A stretch of DNA of 32,145 nucleotides from positions 1 through 32,145 of the forward strand of contig JAZBOO010000247.1 of assembly GCA_036351155.1 (NCBI GenBank), in the 5' to 3' direction. This stretch comes from Candidatus Krumholzibacteriia bacterium (GTDB lineage Bacteria > Krumholzibacteriota > Krumholzibacteriia > LZORAL124-64-63). Below are positions 17,321 to 27,910 of this stretch, piece by piece (position 1 is the first letter of the stretch; every line of letters begins with the position of its first letter). The position numbers and the translations under genes are program-made. The notes beneath the pieces are model-generated. The model worked only from the letters and a program-made list of their open reading frames with translations, had not been told where the DNA came from and did not search any database.

Positions 17321-19945
17321 ATGCCTTCCATTCACAATTTTGTGGTCACGCCGAATCTTCCCGAACCGCTTCAACCCCTGCTGACCATCGCCCGCAATAT
17401 CTGGTGGAGCTGGAGCGTCGAGGCCATCAGCCTCCTGCGGCGGGTCGATCCGGACCTCTGGGACCAGCTGCACGGCAATCCCATTGCCGTGCTGGGCAGC
17501 CTCTCTTCCGAGCGTGTCGCAGAACTGGAGAAAGACAAGGCCTTCCTGGCCCACCTCGAGCGCGTGCAGGACGATCTGAACCGGTACCTCAACATGGATT
17601 CCTGGTTCGACTCCGAGCACCCCGACGCCAAGAAATCGTTGATCGGCTATTTCTCCCTCGAGTTCGGGCTGCACGAGTCGTTACCCCTTTATTCCGGAGG
17701 CCTGGGCATCCTGGCCGGCGATCACCTGAAAAGCGCCAGTGACATGGGCCTGCCCCTGGTGGGCATGGGCCTGGCCTATCAGTACGGATATTTCAGCCAG
17801 TACCTGAACCACGACGGCTGGCAGATGGAAGAGTACCTGGTCAACGACTTCTACAACATGAGCATGTCGCTGGAGCAGGATGAAGAGGGCCGCGACGTGA
17901 CCATCGAGGTCAACTACCCGGGCCGCGTGGTCACCGCCCGGGTGTGGCGGGTCCAGGTGGGGCGCAATCCCCTGTTCCTGCTGGACACCAACATTCCTGA
18001 GAACCGTCCCGAGGACCGGGAGCTGACCAGCAAGCTCTACAGCGGCGACACCGATATGCGGATTCGCCAGGAGATCCTGCTGGGCATCGGCGGCCTGCGC
18101 GCCCTCATCAAGCTGGGCCTGGAGCCCACCGTGTGTCACCTGAACGAGGGCCACTCGGCCTTCCTGGGACTGGAGCGGATCAACCTGCTGATGAAGAACC
18201 GCGGCCTCAGCTACGAGACCGCCTTCGAGGTGGTCCGGGCCAGCAACGTCTTCACCACCCACACTCCGGTGCCCGCGGGCAACGACCACTTCCATCCCGA
18301 CCTGGTGCGCACCTACCTGCGCCGCAAGGCCGACGAGATGGGCATGGGCATCGACAAGCTGCTGGCCCTGGGCATGCAGGACCCCACGAGCAAGACCGAA
18401 ACTTTCTGCATGACCGTCCTGGCCCTGCGCCTCAGCCGCTTCACCAACGGAGTGAGCGAGCTGCACGGCCATGTATCGCGCAACATGTGGCAGCAGGTGT
18501 GGCCCCAGGTTCCCGTGGAAGAGATCCCCATCAGCCATGTGACCAACGGCATTCACACCCGGACCTGGCTGTGTTCCGAAATCGCGCGCCTGTACGATCG
18601 GTACCTGGGCCCCCGCTGGTACGAGGAGCCCACCAACAAGACCCTGTGGGACCGTATCGAACTGATTCCCGATGCCGAGCTGTGGCGCTCCCACGAACGC
18701 ATGCGTGAGCGGCTGGTCGGTTTCGTGCGGAGCCGTCTGCGTCAGCAACTGCGGCGGCGGGGCGCCAACCGGGCCTGGATCAAGGCGGCCGGACAGGTGC
18801 TCGACCCCGAGGCCTTGACCATCGGTTTTGCCCGGCGGTTTGCCACCTACAAGCGTGCCAATCTGATCCTGCGCGACCCGGCGCGACTGGCCCGGATTCT
18901 GAACAACCCCGAGCGTCCGGTGCAGATCATCTTTGCCGGCAAGGCTCACCCCAAGGATCATCCGGGCAAGGAACTGATCCGGCAGCTGGTCCACCTGGCC
19001 CAGACCGAGGATTTCCGGCACCGCATCGTCTTCGTGGAAGATTACAACATCGAGGTGGCCCGCTATCTGGTCCAGGGTGTGGACATGTGGCTCAACACCC
19101 CGCGCCGTCCCCTGGAGGCCAGCGGCACCAGCGGTATGAAAGTGCCGCCCAACGGCGGGATCAACCTGTCCATTCTCGATGGCTGGTGGTGTGAAAGCTA
19201 TCAGCAGGACAATGGCTGGGCCATCGGCGCCGGTGAGGATTACGACGACCAGGAGTACCAGGACGAGGTGGAGAGCACAGCCATTTACGATCTGCTGGAG
19301 AACGAGATCGTGCCCACGTTCTACGAGCGGAGCAGCGACGACGTGCCCCGGGAGTGGACCCGGGTCATGAAGAACAGCATGCGCACCGTGAATGCCGAGT
19401 TCAACACCCACCGTCAGGTGGAAGACTACACCCAGCGCTTCTACATGCCCTGCTTGCAGAACTCGGTGCGATTGACGGCCGATGAATATTCCAAGGCGAA
19501 GGAGCTGGCCTCCTGGCGTCAGCGTGTCCACGAGGGCTGGTCCCAGGTGGCCGTGACCCGGGTGGAGGCCACCATGCCCAGCAGCCAGCCCATGGGCTCC
19601 ACCCTCCCGGTCCGCGCCCATGTGCACCTGGGCAATTTGCCGGCCGATGAGGTTCTGGTCGAGGTTTACCACGGCACGGTCAACGCCAGCGGGGAAATCG
19701 CCGACGGAGAAACCGCCACCCTCTTTGCCGGGGACATGGATGCCTCAGGTTCGGTCATCTTCGACGGGGGCATTGCCTGCCGCCGGGCTGGTAAGCGGGG
19801 CTTCACCGTGAGAATAGTTCCGCGCAAGAACGGCTTCCCCCTGGACCGGTTCGAAACCGGGCTGATCACCTGGTGGAGCGAAGGGGATGGAGTCCAGCCC
19901 CGGCAACCCTCAGACGATCAGGGGCAGTCCGTCACGCAGAGCTGA
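17321..19945 (+). CDS. glgP: Alpha-glucan (glycogen/maltodextrin) phosphorylase
   Basis: Start ATG 17321 after [65 protein letters not shown] (PLP lysine). Confidence 0.97.
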   Translation: MPSIHNFVVTPNLPEPLQPLLTIARNIWWSWSVEAISLLRRVDPDLWDQLHGNPIAVLGSLSSERVAELEKDKAFLAHLERVQDDLNRYLNMDSWFDSEHPDAKKSLIGYFSLEFGLHESLPLYSGGLGILAGDHLKSASDMGLPLVGMGLAYQYGYFSQYLNHDGWQMEEYLVNDFYNMSMSLEQDEEGRDVTIEVNYPGRVVTARVWRVQVGRNPLFLLDTNIPENRPEDRELTSKLYSGDTDMRIRQEILLGIGGLRALIKLGLEPTVCHLNEGHSAFLGLERINLLMKNRGLSYETAFEVVRASNVFTTHTPVPAGNDHFHPDLVRTYLRRKADEMGMGIDKLLALGMQDPTSKTETFCMTVLALRLSRFTNGVSELHGHVSRNMWQQVWPQVPVEEIPISHVTNGIHTRTWLCSEIARLYDRYLGPRWYEEPTNKTLWDRIELIPDAELWRSHERMRERLVGFVRSRLRQQLRRRGANRAWIKAAGQVLDPEALTIGFARRFATYKRANLILRDPARLARILNNPERPVQIIFAGKAHPKDHPGKELIRQLVHLAQTEDFRHRIVFVEDYNIEVARYLVQGVDMWLNTPRRPLEASGTSGMKVPPNGGINLSILDGWWCESYQQDNGWAIGAGEDYDDQEYQDEVESTAIYDLLENEIVPTFYERSSDDVPREWTRVMKNSMRTVNAEFNTHRQVEDYTQRFYMPCLQNSVRLTADEYSKAKELASWRQRVHEGWSQVAVTRVEATMPSSQPMGSTLPVRAHVHLGNLPADEVLVEVYHGTVNASGEIADGETATLFAGDMDASGSVIFDGGIACRRAGKRGFTVRIVPRKNGFPLDRFETGLITWWSEGDGVQPRQPSDDQGQSVTQS

Positions 19946-20969
19946 TCGCAGGCTTGCCGGCCAGGGGGCGGCCCACCGCCGCAGCCACCGGAGCGATCTT
20001 TTTCATCAGCCCGGCAAAGGCCGGAAAATCCAGACTCTGCTGCCCGTCGGAGAAGGCTTCGGCGGGCCGCGGATGGGTTTCCACGATGATGCCATCGGCC
20101 CCACAAGCCGCCGCCGCCAGCGCCATGCTTTCCACGTAATCCACATAGCCCACGGCATGGCTGGGATCGATGATCACCGGCAGGTGGCTGCTCTGCTTGA
20201 TCACCGGCACCGCCGACAGGTCCAGCGTGTTGCGGGTGGCTTTCTCGAACGTGCGGATTCCCCGTTCACACAGGATCACCTGGGTGTTGCCGTTGCTCAT
20301 CAGATACTCGGCGGCCAGCAGCATTTCCTCGATGGTGGACATCAGCCCCCGCTTGAGCATGACCGGCGTGCGCGCCTTGCCCACCGCCTCGAGCAGGGCG
20401 TAGTTTTGCATGTTGCGGGCACCGATCTGCAGGATATCCGCGTAGCGGCAAACCAGGGGAACGCTGTCCGGCGAAATCACCTCGGTGATCACCGGCAGTC
20501 CGGTCTCCTCGCGCGCGGCGGCCAGGATCTGCAGTCCCTCCTCACCCAGCCCCTGAAAAGAATAGGGCGACGTGCGGGGCTTGAAGGCCCCACCGCGCAC
20601 CACGTTGCCTCCGCAGGCTTTCACGTGGCGGGCGCATTCCAGCAACTGGTCATGGTTCTCGACGGCACAGGGCCCCGCCATGACGACGAACTCGGGTCCG
20701 CCGATCTTCAATCCTCCCAGGCGCACCACCGTGGGCTCGGGCTGGAAGTCCAGGCTCACCAGCTTGAACTTGCTGGACAGAGGAGTCACGTTGTCCACCC
20801 CGGGCAAATCCTTGACGGCTTCCAGCTTCTCCAGATTGCCGTCCATGACCCCGATGACCGTCCGCAAGGCCCCGTGGTAGGGCCGGGGACTGAATCCCAT
20901 CTCCTCGACGCGGCGAATCACCTGGCTCAGGTCGGCCAGGGAGGAATCTGTTTTCATCAGGATGATCAT
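19932..20969 (-). CDS. aroF: DAHP synthase, type I-beta with N-terminal ferredoxin-like/ACT regulatory domain
   Basis: [54 protein letters not shown]-terminal MIILMK...[10 protein letters not shown] domain. Confidence 0.95.
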   Translation of the reverse strand: MIILMKTDSSLADLSQVIRRVEEMGFSPRPYHGALRTVIGVMDGNLEKLEAVKDLPGVDNVTPLSSKFKLVSLDFQPEPTVVRLGGLKIGGPEFVVMAGPCAVENHDQLLECARHVKACGGNVVRGGAFKPRTSPYSFQGLGEEGLQILAAAREETGLPVITEVISPDSVPLVCRYADILQIGARNMQNYALLEAVGKARTPVMLKRGLMSTIEEMLLAAEYLMSNGNTQVILCERGIRTFEKATRNTLDLSAVPVIKQSSHLPVIIDPSHAVGYVDYVESMALAAAACGADGIIVETHPRPAEAFSDGQQSLDFPAFAGLMKKIAPVAAAVGRPLAGKPAISSA

Positions 20970-20979
20970 GGTTGTCCTT

Positions 20980-21780
20980 TCAAACCGCGCCCAGGGCTCG
21001 GTTCACCTCGGTGAGAAATGCTTCGAGATCGTCCACGGCCAGGTCAGGGCCCGCAGCCCGGTCGATGATGCGGATCAGCTCGCTGCCGATGATCACACCA
21101 TCGGCCTGGCGGCAAATCCGGGCCGCCTGGTCGGCGCTGTTCACCCCGAACCCCACGTAACGGGGCAGGGTGCTGTGCCGGGCCACCCGGTCCAGATAGT
21201 CGGCCAGTTCTTCCGGTGCACTGATTCCCGCCCCGGTCACTCCCGTGACCGAGACCAGGTAGAAAAATCCCGTCGCCTGCTCGGCAATGGCCGCCAGCCG
21301 GGAGGGGCTGGTGGTGGGGGCCGCCAGATCCACCAGGGATACTCCCTGGTCAATCAGCAAGGACCGCAAGGGCCCCGCCTCTTCGGGAGGAAGATCCGGC
21401 ACGATCACCCCCACCACGCCCTGTTCCGCACACGCCGCCGCGAAGGGCGCGGCACCAAATCTGAGAATCGGGTTGAGATACCCCATCAGCACCACCGAAA
21501 GGCCGTGCTCCCGGTGCGCCTGTCCGGCCATTGCCAGAACCCTGTCCAGGGTCACTCCCTGCTCCAGGGCCTTCTGCGAAGCCGCCTGGATCACCGGACC
21601 ATCGGCCACGGGGTCGCTGAAGGGGATGCCGATCTCCATCAGCCGGCAACCGCTGCGCGCAATGGCCCCGGTCAGGGCAGCGAAGGTGGCGGCATCCGGA
21701 TAGCCAGCCGTCAGAAACGGCACCAGCACCTTGGTGCCCTCATCCCGGAGTTGGCGCGTCAGGCTTTCCAGTGCAGTCAT
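20980..21780 (-). CDS. trpA: Tryptophan synthase alpha chain
   Basis: [48 protein letters not shown]. Confidence 0.98.
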   Translation of the reverse strand: MTALESLTRQLRDEGTKVLVPFLTAGYPDAATFAALTGAIARSGCRLMEIGIPFSDPVADGPVIQAASQKALEQGVTLDRVLAMAGQAHREHGLSVVLMGYLNPILRFGAAPFAAACAEQGVVGVIVPDLPPEEAGPLRSLLIDQGVSLVDLAAPTTSPSRLAAIAEQATGFFYLVSVTGVTGAGISAPEELADYLDRVARHSTLPRYVGFGVNSADQAARICRQADGVIIGSELIRIIDRAAGPDLAVDDLEAFLTEVNRALGAV

Positions 21781-22964
21781 GACGAACCTCCCGTCGAGAC
21801 CATGTCCTTGTCCCCGCGCCCTGACAAGTTGACGATGACGACCTTGCCCTGACCCTCGTCGGGAAACGCGCTCAGCAAGGGCTTCAGGTAGGCCAGAGCG
21901 TGACTGGTTTCCAGGGCGGGGATGATCCCCTCGCTACGGCAAAGCAAGCGGAACCCGGCCAGGGCCTCGTCGTCGGTGACCGCGACATAGCGGGCCCGGC
22001 CGGTGTCCTTGAGGTGACTGTGTTCGGGGCCCACCCCCGGGTAGTCCAGGCCCGCGGCAATGGAGTGGGCCGGCAGCACCTGGCCGTCCCCGTCCTGCAA
22101 CAGATAGCTGTAGGCGCCGTGCAACACGCCGGGCCGGCCCAGGGCCAGGGCCGCGGAGTGGCCCGCCGCTGATCCACCCGCCTCGACTCCGATCAGGGCC
22201 ACCGAGGGGTCAGCCACGAATCCGGTAAAAATCCCCAGGGCATTGCTGCCCCCACCCACACAGGCCACCACCGCGTCGGGCAACCGATTTTCCTTGGCCA
22301 AAATTTGGCGACGGGCCTCGCTGCCGATCACCGCCTGGAAATCGCGGACCATGGTGGGATAGGGATGGGGCCCCACGGTGGAGCCGATGATGTAGTGGGA
22401 GGTCGCGACGTTGGTCACCCAGTCGCGGATAGCTTCGCTGGTGGCATCCTTCAGGGTGCGGCTGCCGGAACTCACCGGCACCACCCGGGCTCCCAGCATG
22501 CGCATCCGCTGCACGTTGGGTTCCTGGCGGGCCATGTCCACCTCGCCCATGTACACCGTGCAATCCAGACCCGCCAGAGCAGCCACCGTGGCCGAGGCCA
22601 CCCCGTGCTGGCCGGCGCCCGTCTCGGCAATGATGCGACTTTTGCCCATCCGCCGGGTGAGCAAAACCTGTCCCAGGCAATTGTTGATCTTGTGGGCGCC
22701 CGTGTGGTTCAGGTCTTCTCTCTTGAGATAGACCCGGGCCTTGCTCCCCAGTTCCCTGGACAGGTTCTTGGCCAGGTACAGCGGCGTGGGCCGGCCGGAA
22801 TAGTCGGCCAGAAGATCGGCCAGCTCCTCCTGGAACGCGGGATCCTTTTGCGCTTCCGCATACACCTTTTCCAGTTCCTGGAGTCCCGGCATCAGAGTTT
22901 CGGGCACGTACTGTCCCCCGAAAACGCCGAAACGTCCGGGACCCTGGCCCATCATGATCGACAT
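21777..22964 (-). CDS. trpB: Tryptophan synthase beta chain
   Basis: [59 protein letters not shown]. Confidence 0.99.
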   Translation of the reverse strand: MSIMMGQGPGRFGVFGGQYVPETLMPGLQELEKVYAEAQKDPAFQEELADLLADYSGRPTPLYLAKNLSRELGSKARVYLKREDLNHTGAHKINNCLGQVLLTRRMGKSRIIAETGAGQHGVASATVAALAGLDCTVYMGEVDMARQEPNVQRMRMLGARVVPVSSGSRTLKDATSEAIRDWVTNVATSHYIIGSTVGPHPYPTMVRDFQAVIGSEARRQILAKENRLPDAVVACVGGGSNALGIFTGFVADPSVALIGVEAGGSAAGHSAALALGRPGVLHGAYSYLLQDGDGQVLPAHSIAAGLDYPGVGPEHSHLKDTGRARYVAVTDDEALAGFRLLCRSEGIIPALETSHALAYLKPLLSAFPDEGQGKVVIVNLSGRGDKDMVSTGGSS

Positions 22965-24358
22965 GGCTTGACCTTCCTGGCCACCCGGTCCAGCCGGACG
23001 GTGTCCTTGATACCCGGGGCCTTCTCCACACCCCGGCTGAGATCCACGGCAAAGGGCTGGATAGCCAGGGCTTCGTGGATGTTGTCGCTGTTCAGTCCGC
23101 CCGCCAGAAAAACTTCGCGCCCCTCGGCGATCAGGCGTTGCGCGGCCTGACGCAGCCGGCTCTGCAACATGGTCAGATCATCTGCCGATTCCCCCTTGGG
23201 CAAATCCAGCAGAAGATAGGCCACCTCGCCATATTCACGGGCTCGTCCCTGCTCGAGATCTTCCAGGGTCAGGGCCTTGATCAGAGGCAATCCGATCTCA
23301 CGCTGCAGCTCCCGACAGTAGGCCGGCGACTCCTGCCCATGCAGCTGCACCAGGTCCAGTTCGGCACCCTGGCTGATGTGCACGACCTCCTCGAGCGGGC
23401 TGTCCACGAACACCCCACACAGACGGGCCTCGGGAACCACCTGGCGAATCTTCCGAGCCAGATCAAAACTCACCTGCCGCGGTCCGGGAGCAAAAATCAG
23501 CCCCAGGATATCTGCCCCACGCTGGTGCGCGGCTGCCGCATCGAGAGGGCGCGTCAGCCCACACACCTTGAGGCGAGGCCGATCCGTGGCTTCCAGGCCG
23601 GTGATCTCTCGCACCTTCCGCCCCGGGTCCCGGCTCATCAGCAGGGCGTGGCCGATCAGGAAGGCGTCGGCCCCCTGAGCCGCCAGGTCGAGAACTTGCG
23701 CACGACTCTGGATCCCGCTTTCACTCACCTTGATCAGACCTTCGGGGACCAGCGGAATCAGCCGGGCGGTTTGCCCCAGATCGGTTTCCAGGGTGGCCAG
23801 ATTGCGGTTGTTGATACCCAGGATCCGCGCGCCCGCCTGCACGCTTTTCTCGATATCTTCCGCGTCGTGGCATTCCACCAGGGAGTGCAAACCCAGCCGG
23901 TGCACCTCGGCCAGCAGACGGGTCAGAGTGTCTTGATCCAGCAGGCGCGCGATCAGCAGCACGGCATCAGCTCCCGCCTCCCACGCCGCCTGAATCTGGC
24001 TTTCAGCCACGATGAAATCCTTGGTCAGGATGGGCAAATCCACCGCCTGGCGCATGGCCGTCACATCGGCCAGCGAGGTCCCGAAATGCTCCCGGTCGGT
24101 CACCAGCGAAAGGGCGGCTGCCCCTCCGCGCTGATAGGCTGCCGCCAGCTGGGCGGGCGCCGCGTCTTGCCGGAAATGGGGATGGCTGGGCGATCGATGC
24201 TTGACCTCGGCAATGACCGCCAGCGGCCTGCGCAGCGCTGCGGCGAAATCGCGCACCGGCATATCCTCGGCACGACTTGGGCCCTTGGCGGTAAATCGCT
24301 GGGCCAGGGAGCGAGCCTCGTCCCTTTTCCCGGGTAGAATCCTCTCCAGAAAGCTCAT
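22952..24358 (-). CDS. trpCF: Bifunctional indole-3-glycerol phosphate synthase / phosphoribosylanthranilate isomerase
   Basis: Real start ATG 24358 (ATGA overlap with trpD). TrpC motifs [23 protein letters not shown] continue in frame into TrpF motifs [38 protein letters not shown]. Confidence 0.95.
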   Translation of the reverse strand: MSFLERILPGKRDEARSLAQRFTAKGPSRAEDMPVRDFAAALRRPLAVIAEVKHRSPSHPHFRQDAAPAQLAAAYQRGGAAALSLVTDREHFGTSLADVTAMRQAVDLPILTKDFIVAESQIQAAWEAGADAVLLIARLLDQDTLTRLLAEVHRLGLHSLVECHDAEDIEKSVQAGARILGINNRNLATLETDLGQTARLIPLVPEGLIKVSESGIQSRAQVLDLAAQGADAFLIGHALLMSRDPGRKVREITGLEATDRPRLKVCGLTRPLDAAAAHQRGADILGLIFAPGPRQVSFDLARKIRQVVPEARLCGVFVDSPLEEVVHISQGAELDLVQLHGQESPAYCRELQREIGLPLIKALTLEDLEQGRAREYGEVAYLLLDLPKGESADDLTMLQSRLRQAAQRLIAEGREVFLAGGLNSDNIHEALAIQPFAVDLSRGVEKAPGIKDTVRLDRVARKVKPCRS

Positions 24359-25383
24359 GACGCTTCCCCCCACAGGCGATGGGTGATGGTTTTCATCTCT
24401 TCCAGCAGATCCAGGACCGTCCCCGAACGGAGCGTTTCCCGGGCCAGATCCACGCCCTCGGCCAGGTTCTCGGCCCTGTCTCCCAGCACCGCAGCGAAGG
24501 CGGCATTCAGGACCACCGCGGTGCCCCGAGCATCGTCCTGGCCCTGGAAAACCCTGGTCAACAGGCGCGCGTTGTCGGTGGGAGTGCCCCCCTGCAGGTC
24601 GGCCACCGGGACGGTGTCGATTCCCACCTCTGCCGGATGGAAAGTGAACACCCGCACCTGGCCGTCCCTCAGCTCGGCCACCTGGGTGGGGCCGCAAGGC
24701 GACACCTCGTCCAGTCCCCCGGCCCCGTGAACCACGTAGGCGCGCCGCGACCCCAGCTGCCCCAGCACCCGGCACATGGGCTCACACAGCGCGGGGTCGT
24801 AAACTCCCAGCAGCTGACGATCGGCTCCCGCCGGATTGGCCAGCGGCCCCAGCAGGTTGAAAACCGTCCGGACCTTCAAGGCGGCACGCACCGGTCCGGC
24901 GTACTTCATGGCCGGATGCAGCTGGGGAGCGAACAGGAATCCGATCCCCAGGGTGTCGATCATGTTGCCGACCTGGGCGCTGTCCAGATCGATGTTGACC
25001 CCCAGGGCCTCCAGAACATCAGCGCTGCCACTGCGGGATGACACGGCCCGGTTCCCGTGCTTGGCCACCGGAATGCCCATGGCGGCGGCCACCAGGGCGG
25101 TGGCGGTGGAGATGTTGATGGAGCCCGACCCGTCCCCCCCCGTTCCACACGTGTCCAGCAACGCGGTCTGCCCTGTGGGCACCGGCACCAGATGGCGGCG
25201 CATGGCCTCGGCAAAACCGGTGATCTCGTCCACCGTTTCTCCCTTGAGGCGCAAGGCCACCAGCAAGGCCGCCAGAACCGTGGGTTCCACCTGGCCGGCC
25301 ATGATCTGATCCAGCAGATCGGTGGCCTCCCCGCGCTCCAGATGACCTCCCTCAAGAAGCCTGGCGAGAATCGCGCTGGGCAT
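24355..25383 (-). CDS. trpD: Anthranilate phosphoribosyltransferase
   Basis: LDTCGTGGDG, NISTA, VAKHGNRAVSSRSGSADVLEALG, RTVFNLLGPLANP, GLDEVS. Confidence 0.98.
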   Translation of the reverse strand: MPSAILARLLEGGHLERGEATDLLDQIMAGQVEPTVLAALLVALRLKGETVDEITGFAEAMRRHLVPVPTGQTALLDTCGTGGDGSGSINISTATALVAAAMGIPVAKHGNRAVSSRSGSADVLEALGVNIDLDSAQVGNMIDTLGIGFLFAPQLHPAMKYAGPVRAALKVRTVFNLLGPLANPAGADRQLLGVYDPALCEPMCRVLGQLGSRRAYVVHGAGGLDEVSPCGPTQVAELRDGQVRVFTFHPAEVGIDTVPVADLQGGTPTDNARLLTRVFQGQDDARGTAVVLNAAFAAVLGDRAENLAEGVDLARETLRSGTVLDLLEEMKTITHRLWGEAS

Positions 25384-25966
25384 CGTCGTCCCCCTTTCCG
25401 GCCGATAGCTCCAGGAAATTGGCCATCAGGCGGCGGCCTTCCGGGCTCAGGATGGACTCGGGATGGAACTGGACCCCCTCCACATCGGCCCCCTTCAGGC
25501 GGACCCCCATGATCTCGCCCCCGCTGGTGTAGCTGGACACCTGCAACTCGGCGGGCAGGTCTTTTTCCGGAGCGATCAAGCTGTGGTAACGCGTGGCCTC
25601 GAAGGGGTTGGACAGCCCGTGGTAGATGGTGCCGCCATCGTGGTAGATGCGGCTGACCTTGCCGTGCATGACCCGCTCGGCCCGCGCAATACGCCCTCCG
25701 AAGGCGCTGACGATACTCTGGTGACCGAGACAGATCCCCAGCACCGGGATTCTCCCCGCGAAGTGGCGGATGAACTCGACGCTCACCCCGGCATCATCGG
25801 GAGTGCCGGGACCCGGAGAGATCACCAGGGAGCGGGGCGCCAGGGCGATGGCCTCGTCCAGGGTGATGGCATCGTTCCGCACCACCTGGACCTGGCCGCC
25901 CAGTTCCCCCATCAGCTGCGCCACGTTGAACGTGAACGAATCGTAATTGTCGATGAGCAGATGCAT
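25352..25966 (-). CDS. trpG: Anthranilate synthase component II (glutamine amidotransferase)
   Basis: Real start ATG 25966: MHLLIDNYDSFTFN, ISPGPG, GICLGHQ, TRYHSL, GVQFHPES. Confidence 0.97.
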   Translation of the reverse strand: MHLLIDNYDSFTFNVAQLMGELGGQVQVVRNDAITLDEAIALAPRSLVISPGPGTPDDAGVSVEFIRHFAGRIPVLGICLGHQSIVSAFGGRIARAERVMHGKVSRIYHDGGTIYHGLSNPFEATRYHSLIAPEKDLPAELQVSSYTSGGEIMGVRLKGADVEGVQFHPESILSPEGRRLMANFLELSAGKGDDDAQRDSRQAS

Positions 25967-25968
25967 GA

Positions 25969-27489
25969 CTAGAAGCCCTCCTCGGCGTTTTTCACCGCCC
26001 GGGTCAGGGCCCGGATCTTGTTCAGCGTTTCCTGGTATTCCTTGTCCGGCTGGCTGTCGGCCACGATTCCAGCGCCCCCCTGGACACTGAAACGATCGCC
26101 CTGCATGAGCAAGGTGCGGATGGTGATGCACATGTCCATATCACCCTGCAGTCCAAAGTATCCCACCGCCCCGGCGTAGGGTCCCCGGCGGTCGGGTTCC
26201 AGCTCGGCGATGATTTCCATGGCGCGAATTTTCGGGGCACCCGACACGGTGCCGGCGGGGAATGTGGCGCGCAGGGCGTCGAACATGTCCCGACCTTCAG
26301 CCAGCTGTCCGGAAACCCGGGACACCATGTGCATGACGTGGCTGTAACGCTCGACGGCCATGAACTCGTCCACCTCGATGGTGCCCGTACGACACACCCG
26401 GCCCAGATCGTTGCGGCCCAGATCCACCAGCATCACGTGCTCGGCGCGCTCCTTCTCGTCGGCCAGCAGCTCCTCGGCCAGACGCAGATCCTCCTGGGCC
26501 GTGGCGCCGCGGTGCCGGGTGCCGGCAATGGGATTGACCTGCAGCCGGTCCCCATCCAGCCGCACCAGCATTTCCGGGGAAGATCCGATCAGCTGAAAAT
26601 CTTCGAAATCCAGGTAGAGCAGGTAGGGGCTGGGGTTCAGGATGCGCAGAGCCCGGTAAACCTGGAAGGGCGCCACCTCGGTCTGGCCATAGAGGCGCTG
26701 GGACAGGACGATCTGGAAAGCATCGCCGGCCAGAATATGCTCCTGCGCCTGGCGCACCTTGGCGGTGAAAGCACTCTCATCCAGATTGGCCGACAGCTCG
26801 AGGGTACTCTCGCCATTTCCGACGGGCGCCGCACCGAGCAAGACTTCCTGGGGCAAAGGCGTTTGCAACGCGGCCAGGACCTGCTCCACCCGGTCGCAGG
26901 CCGCATCATGGGCCGCCTCACCTGGGCCCTCGGCCGGCATGGTCAGGATTTCGATCTCACTCTTGACGTGGTCGAAAACCGCCATGGTCTCGGGAAACAT
27001 GAAGTGGTAGTCCGGCAGGCTGCTGTCCTCGGTTGTGGGCAGGGACACACCCTCGAAGTAGCGCACCAGATCGTAACCCAGGTACCCCACCGCCCCGCCG
27101 AAGGGTGGCGGCAAATCGCCTTCCGGGTCAGCGAAGGCTCCGGTGACCTCCAGCTGGCGCTTGATGGGCTCCAGGGGATCATCGGGATCCACCGGGGCTT
27201 CGCTGCTCTGGACCACGCCATCGATTTCCCGGCGGGTCACCACCAACTCGTCCTTGAGCTGGATGCTGACTGTCGGCCGCAACCCCACGAAGGAATAGCG
27301 CCCCACCTGCATCCCCTTCTCCACGCTTTCCAGCAGGAAGGCCGCGCCCAGGCCCTTGAGCTTGAGGTAAACCGACACGGGGGTTTCCAGGTCCGCGGGG
27401 ATCTTCACCCGGACCGGCACACGGCGGCCGTCTCGCGTCTGGTCCAGAAAATCAGACCGGGTGGGATAAATTGTCGGGGAAATCATCAT
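25969..27489 (-). CDS. trpE: Anthranilate synthase component I
   Basis: Start ATG 27489 or 27486 after AGGAGG. DLETPV, FLLES (Trp feedback site), NPSPY, PIAGT, KERAEHVMLVDLGRND, FPAGTVSGAPK. Confidence 0.97.
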   Translation of the reverse strand: MMISPTIYPTRSDFLDQTRDGRRVPVRVKIPADLETPVSVYLKLKGLGAAFLLESVEKGMQVGRYSFVGLRPTVSIQLKDELVVTRREIDGVVQSSEAPVDPDDPLEPIKRQLEVTGAFADPEGDLPPPFGGAVGYLGYDLVRYFEGVSLPTTEDSSLPDYHFMFPETMAVFDHVKSEIEILTMPAEGPGEAAHDAACDRVEQVLAALQTPLPQEVLLGAAPVGNGESTLELSANLDESAFTAKVRQAQEHILAGDAFQIVLSQRLYGQTEVAPFQVYRALRILNPSPYLLYLDFEDFQLIGSSPEMLVRLDGDRLQVNPIAGTRHRGATAQEDLRLAEELLADEKERAEHVMLVDLGRNDLGRVCRTGTIEVDEFMAVERYSHVMHMVSRVSGQLAEGRDMFDALRATFPAGTVSGAPKIRAMEIIAELEPDRRGPYAGAVGYFGLQGDMDMCITIRTLLMQGDRFSVQGGAGIVADSQPDKEYQETLNKIRALTRAVKNAEEGF

Positions 27490-27556
27490 ATCCTCCTGGG
27501 GCACGTGGCCTCTCGGGTGTCCTCGTTTTCAGGTCAACGTTCCTGGGGGCGGATAC

Positions 27557-27587
27557 AAAAAAACCCGCCACCGGATCGGTGACAGGC
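27557..27587 (-). terminator. trp attenuator terminator hairpin (3:4)
   Basis: Minus strand GCCTGTCACCG-ATC-CGGTGGCGGGT running into a T7 tract, ~70 nt upstream of trpE. Confidence 0.85.
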
Positions 27588-27617
27588 TGCTGGTCGGGGA
27601 GAAGGTATCAGTTCAGT

Positions 27618-27743
27618 TTAAAAAAAAGACCTCCCGTCCGCAGATGCTGCCACCGTGGCCGGCTTGCGCCAAGCACACCAATAGCAATGCCAGGACCAGG
27701 AGTCCTGAGATACGCACCTGTCATGGACGGAAAGGTTGAGCAT
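27618..27743 (-). CDS. trpL: trp operon leader peptide (41 aa, four Trp)
   Basis: Manual translation MLNLSVHDRCVSQDSWSWHCYWCAWRKPATVAASADGRSFF*. It lies between a promoter and the terminator upstream of trpE. Confidence 0.8.
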   Translation of the reverse strand: MLNLSVHDRCVSQDSWSWHCYWCAWRKPATVAASADGRSFF

Positions 27744-27798
27744 GATTGCGCGTGGCTTCCGGCCCACGCCGCCGGTTCAAACTTCAATTCTTGTGACC

Positions 27799-27827
27799 AT
27801 GATACAGGAATGGGCGGCGGTCGTCAA
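27799..27827 (-). promoter_or_regulatory. sigma70 promoter of the trp operon
   Basis: Minus strand TTGACG-N17-TATCAT. Confidence 0.75.
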
Positions 27828-27847
27828 GACCCTCCCATTCCTGTGCG

Positions 27848-27876
27848 TTGAACATCCGGGAGATTTGCCCTAACCT
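27848..27876 (+). promoter_or_regulatory. Putative sigma70 promoter of aroC
   Basis: TTGAAC-N17-TAACCT, back to back with the trp promoter. Confidence 0.55.
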
Positions 27877-27910
27877 GTGGGCTTCACCTTTCAGAAACCC
27901 GGAGATTCCC

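Noticed and set aside
17681..19672. Long antisense ORFs (also 552..1805, 1947..3293, 13222..15552, 23075..24337, 26329..27582, 29994..31253)
   Set aside because: Shadow frames of well-supported genes, expected from GC-rich codon bias; no recognisable motifs.
24359..24775. N-terminal extensions in the ORF track for trpCF (to 24775), trpG (to 26131), glgP (from 17036) and the Spy-like gene (to 7482)
   Set aside because: They overlap neighbouring genes or regulatory DNA. Internal ATGs with an RBS or translational coupling match the family N-termini.
27608..27724. Alternative-frame leader ORF (MTGAYLRTPG...) in the trp leader
   Set aside because: It has only one Trp codon; the 27743 frame with four Trp fits attenuation much better.
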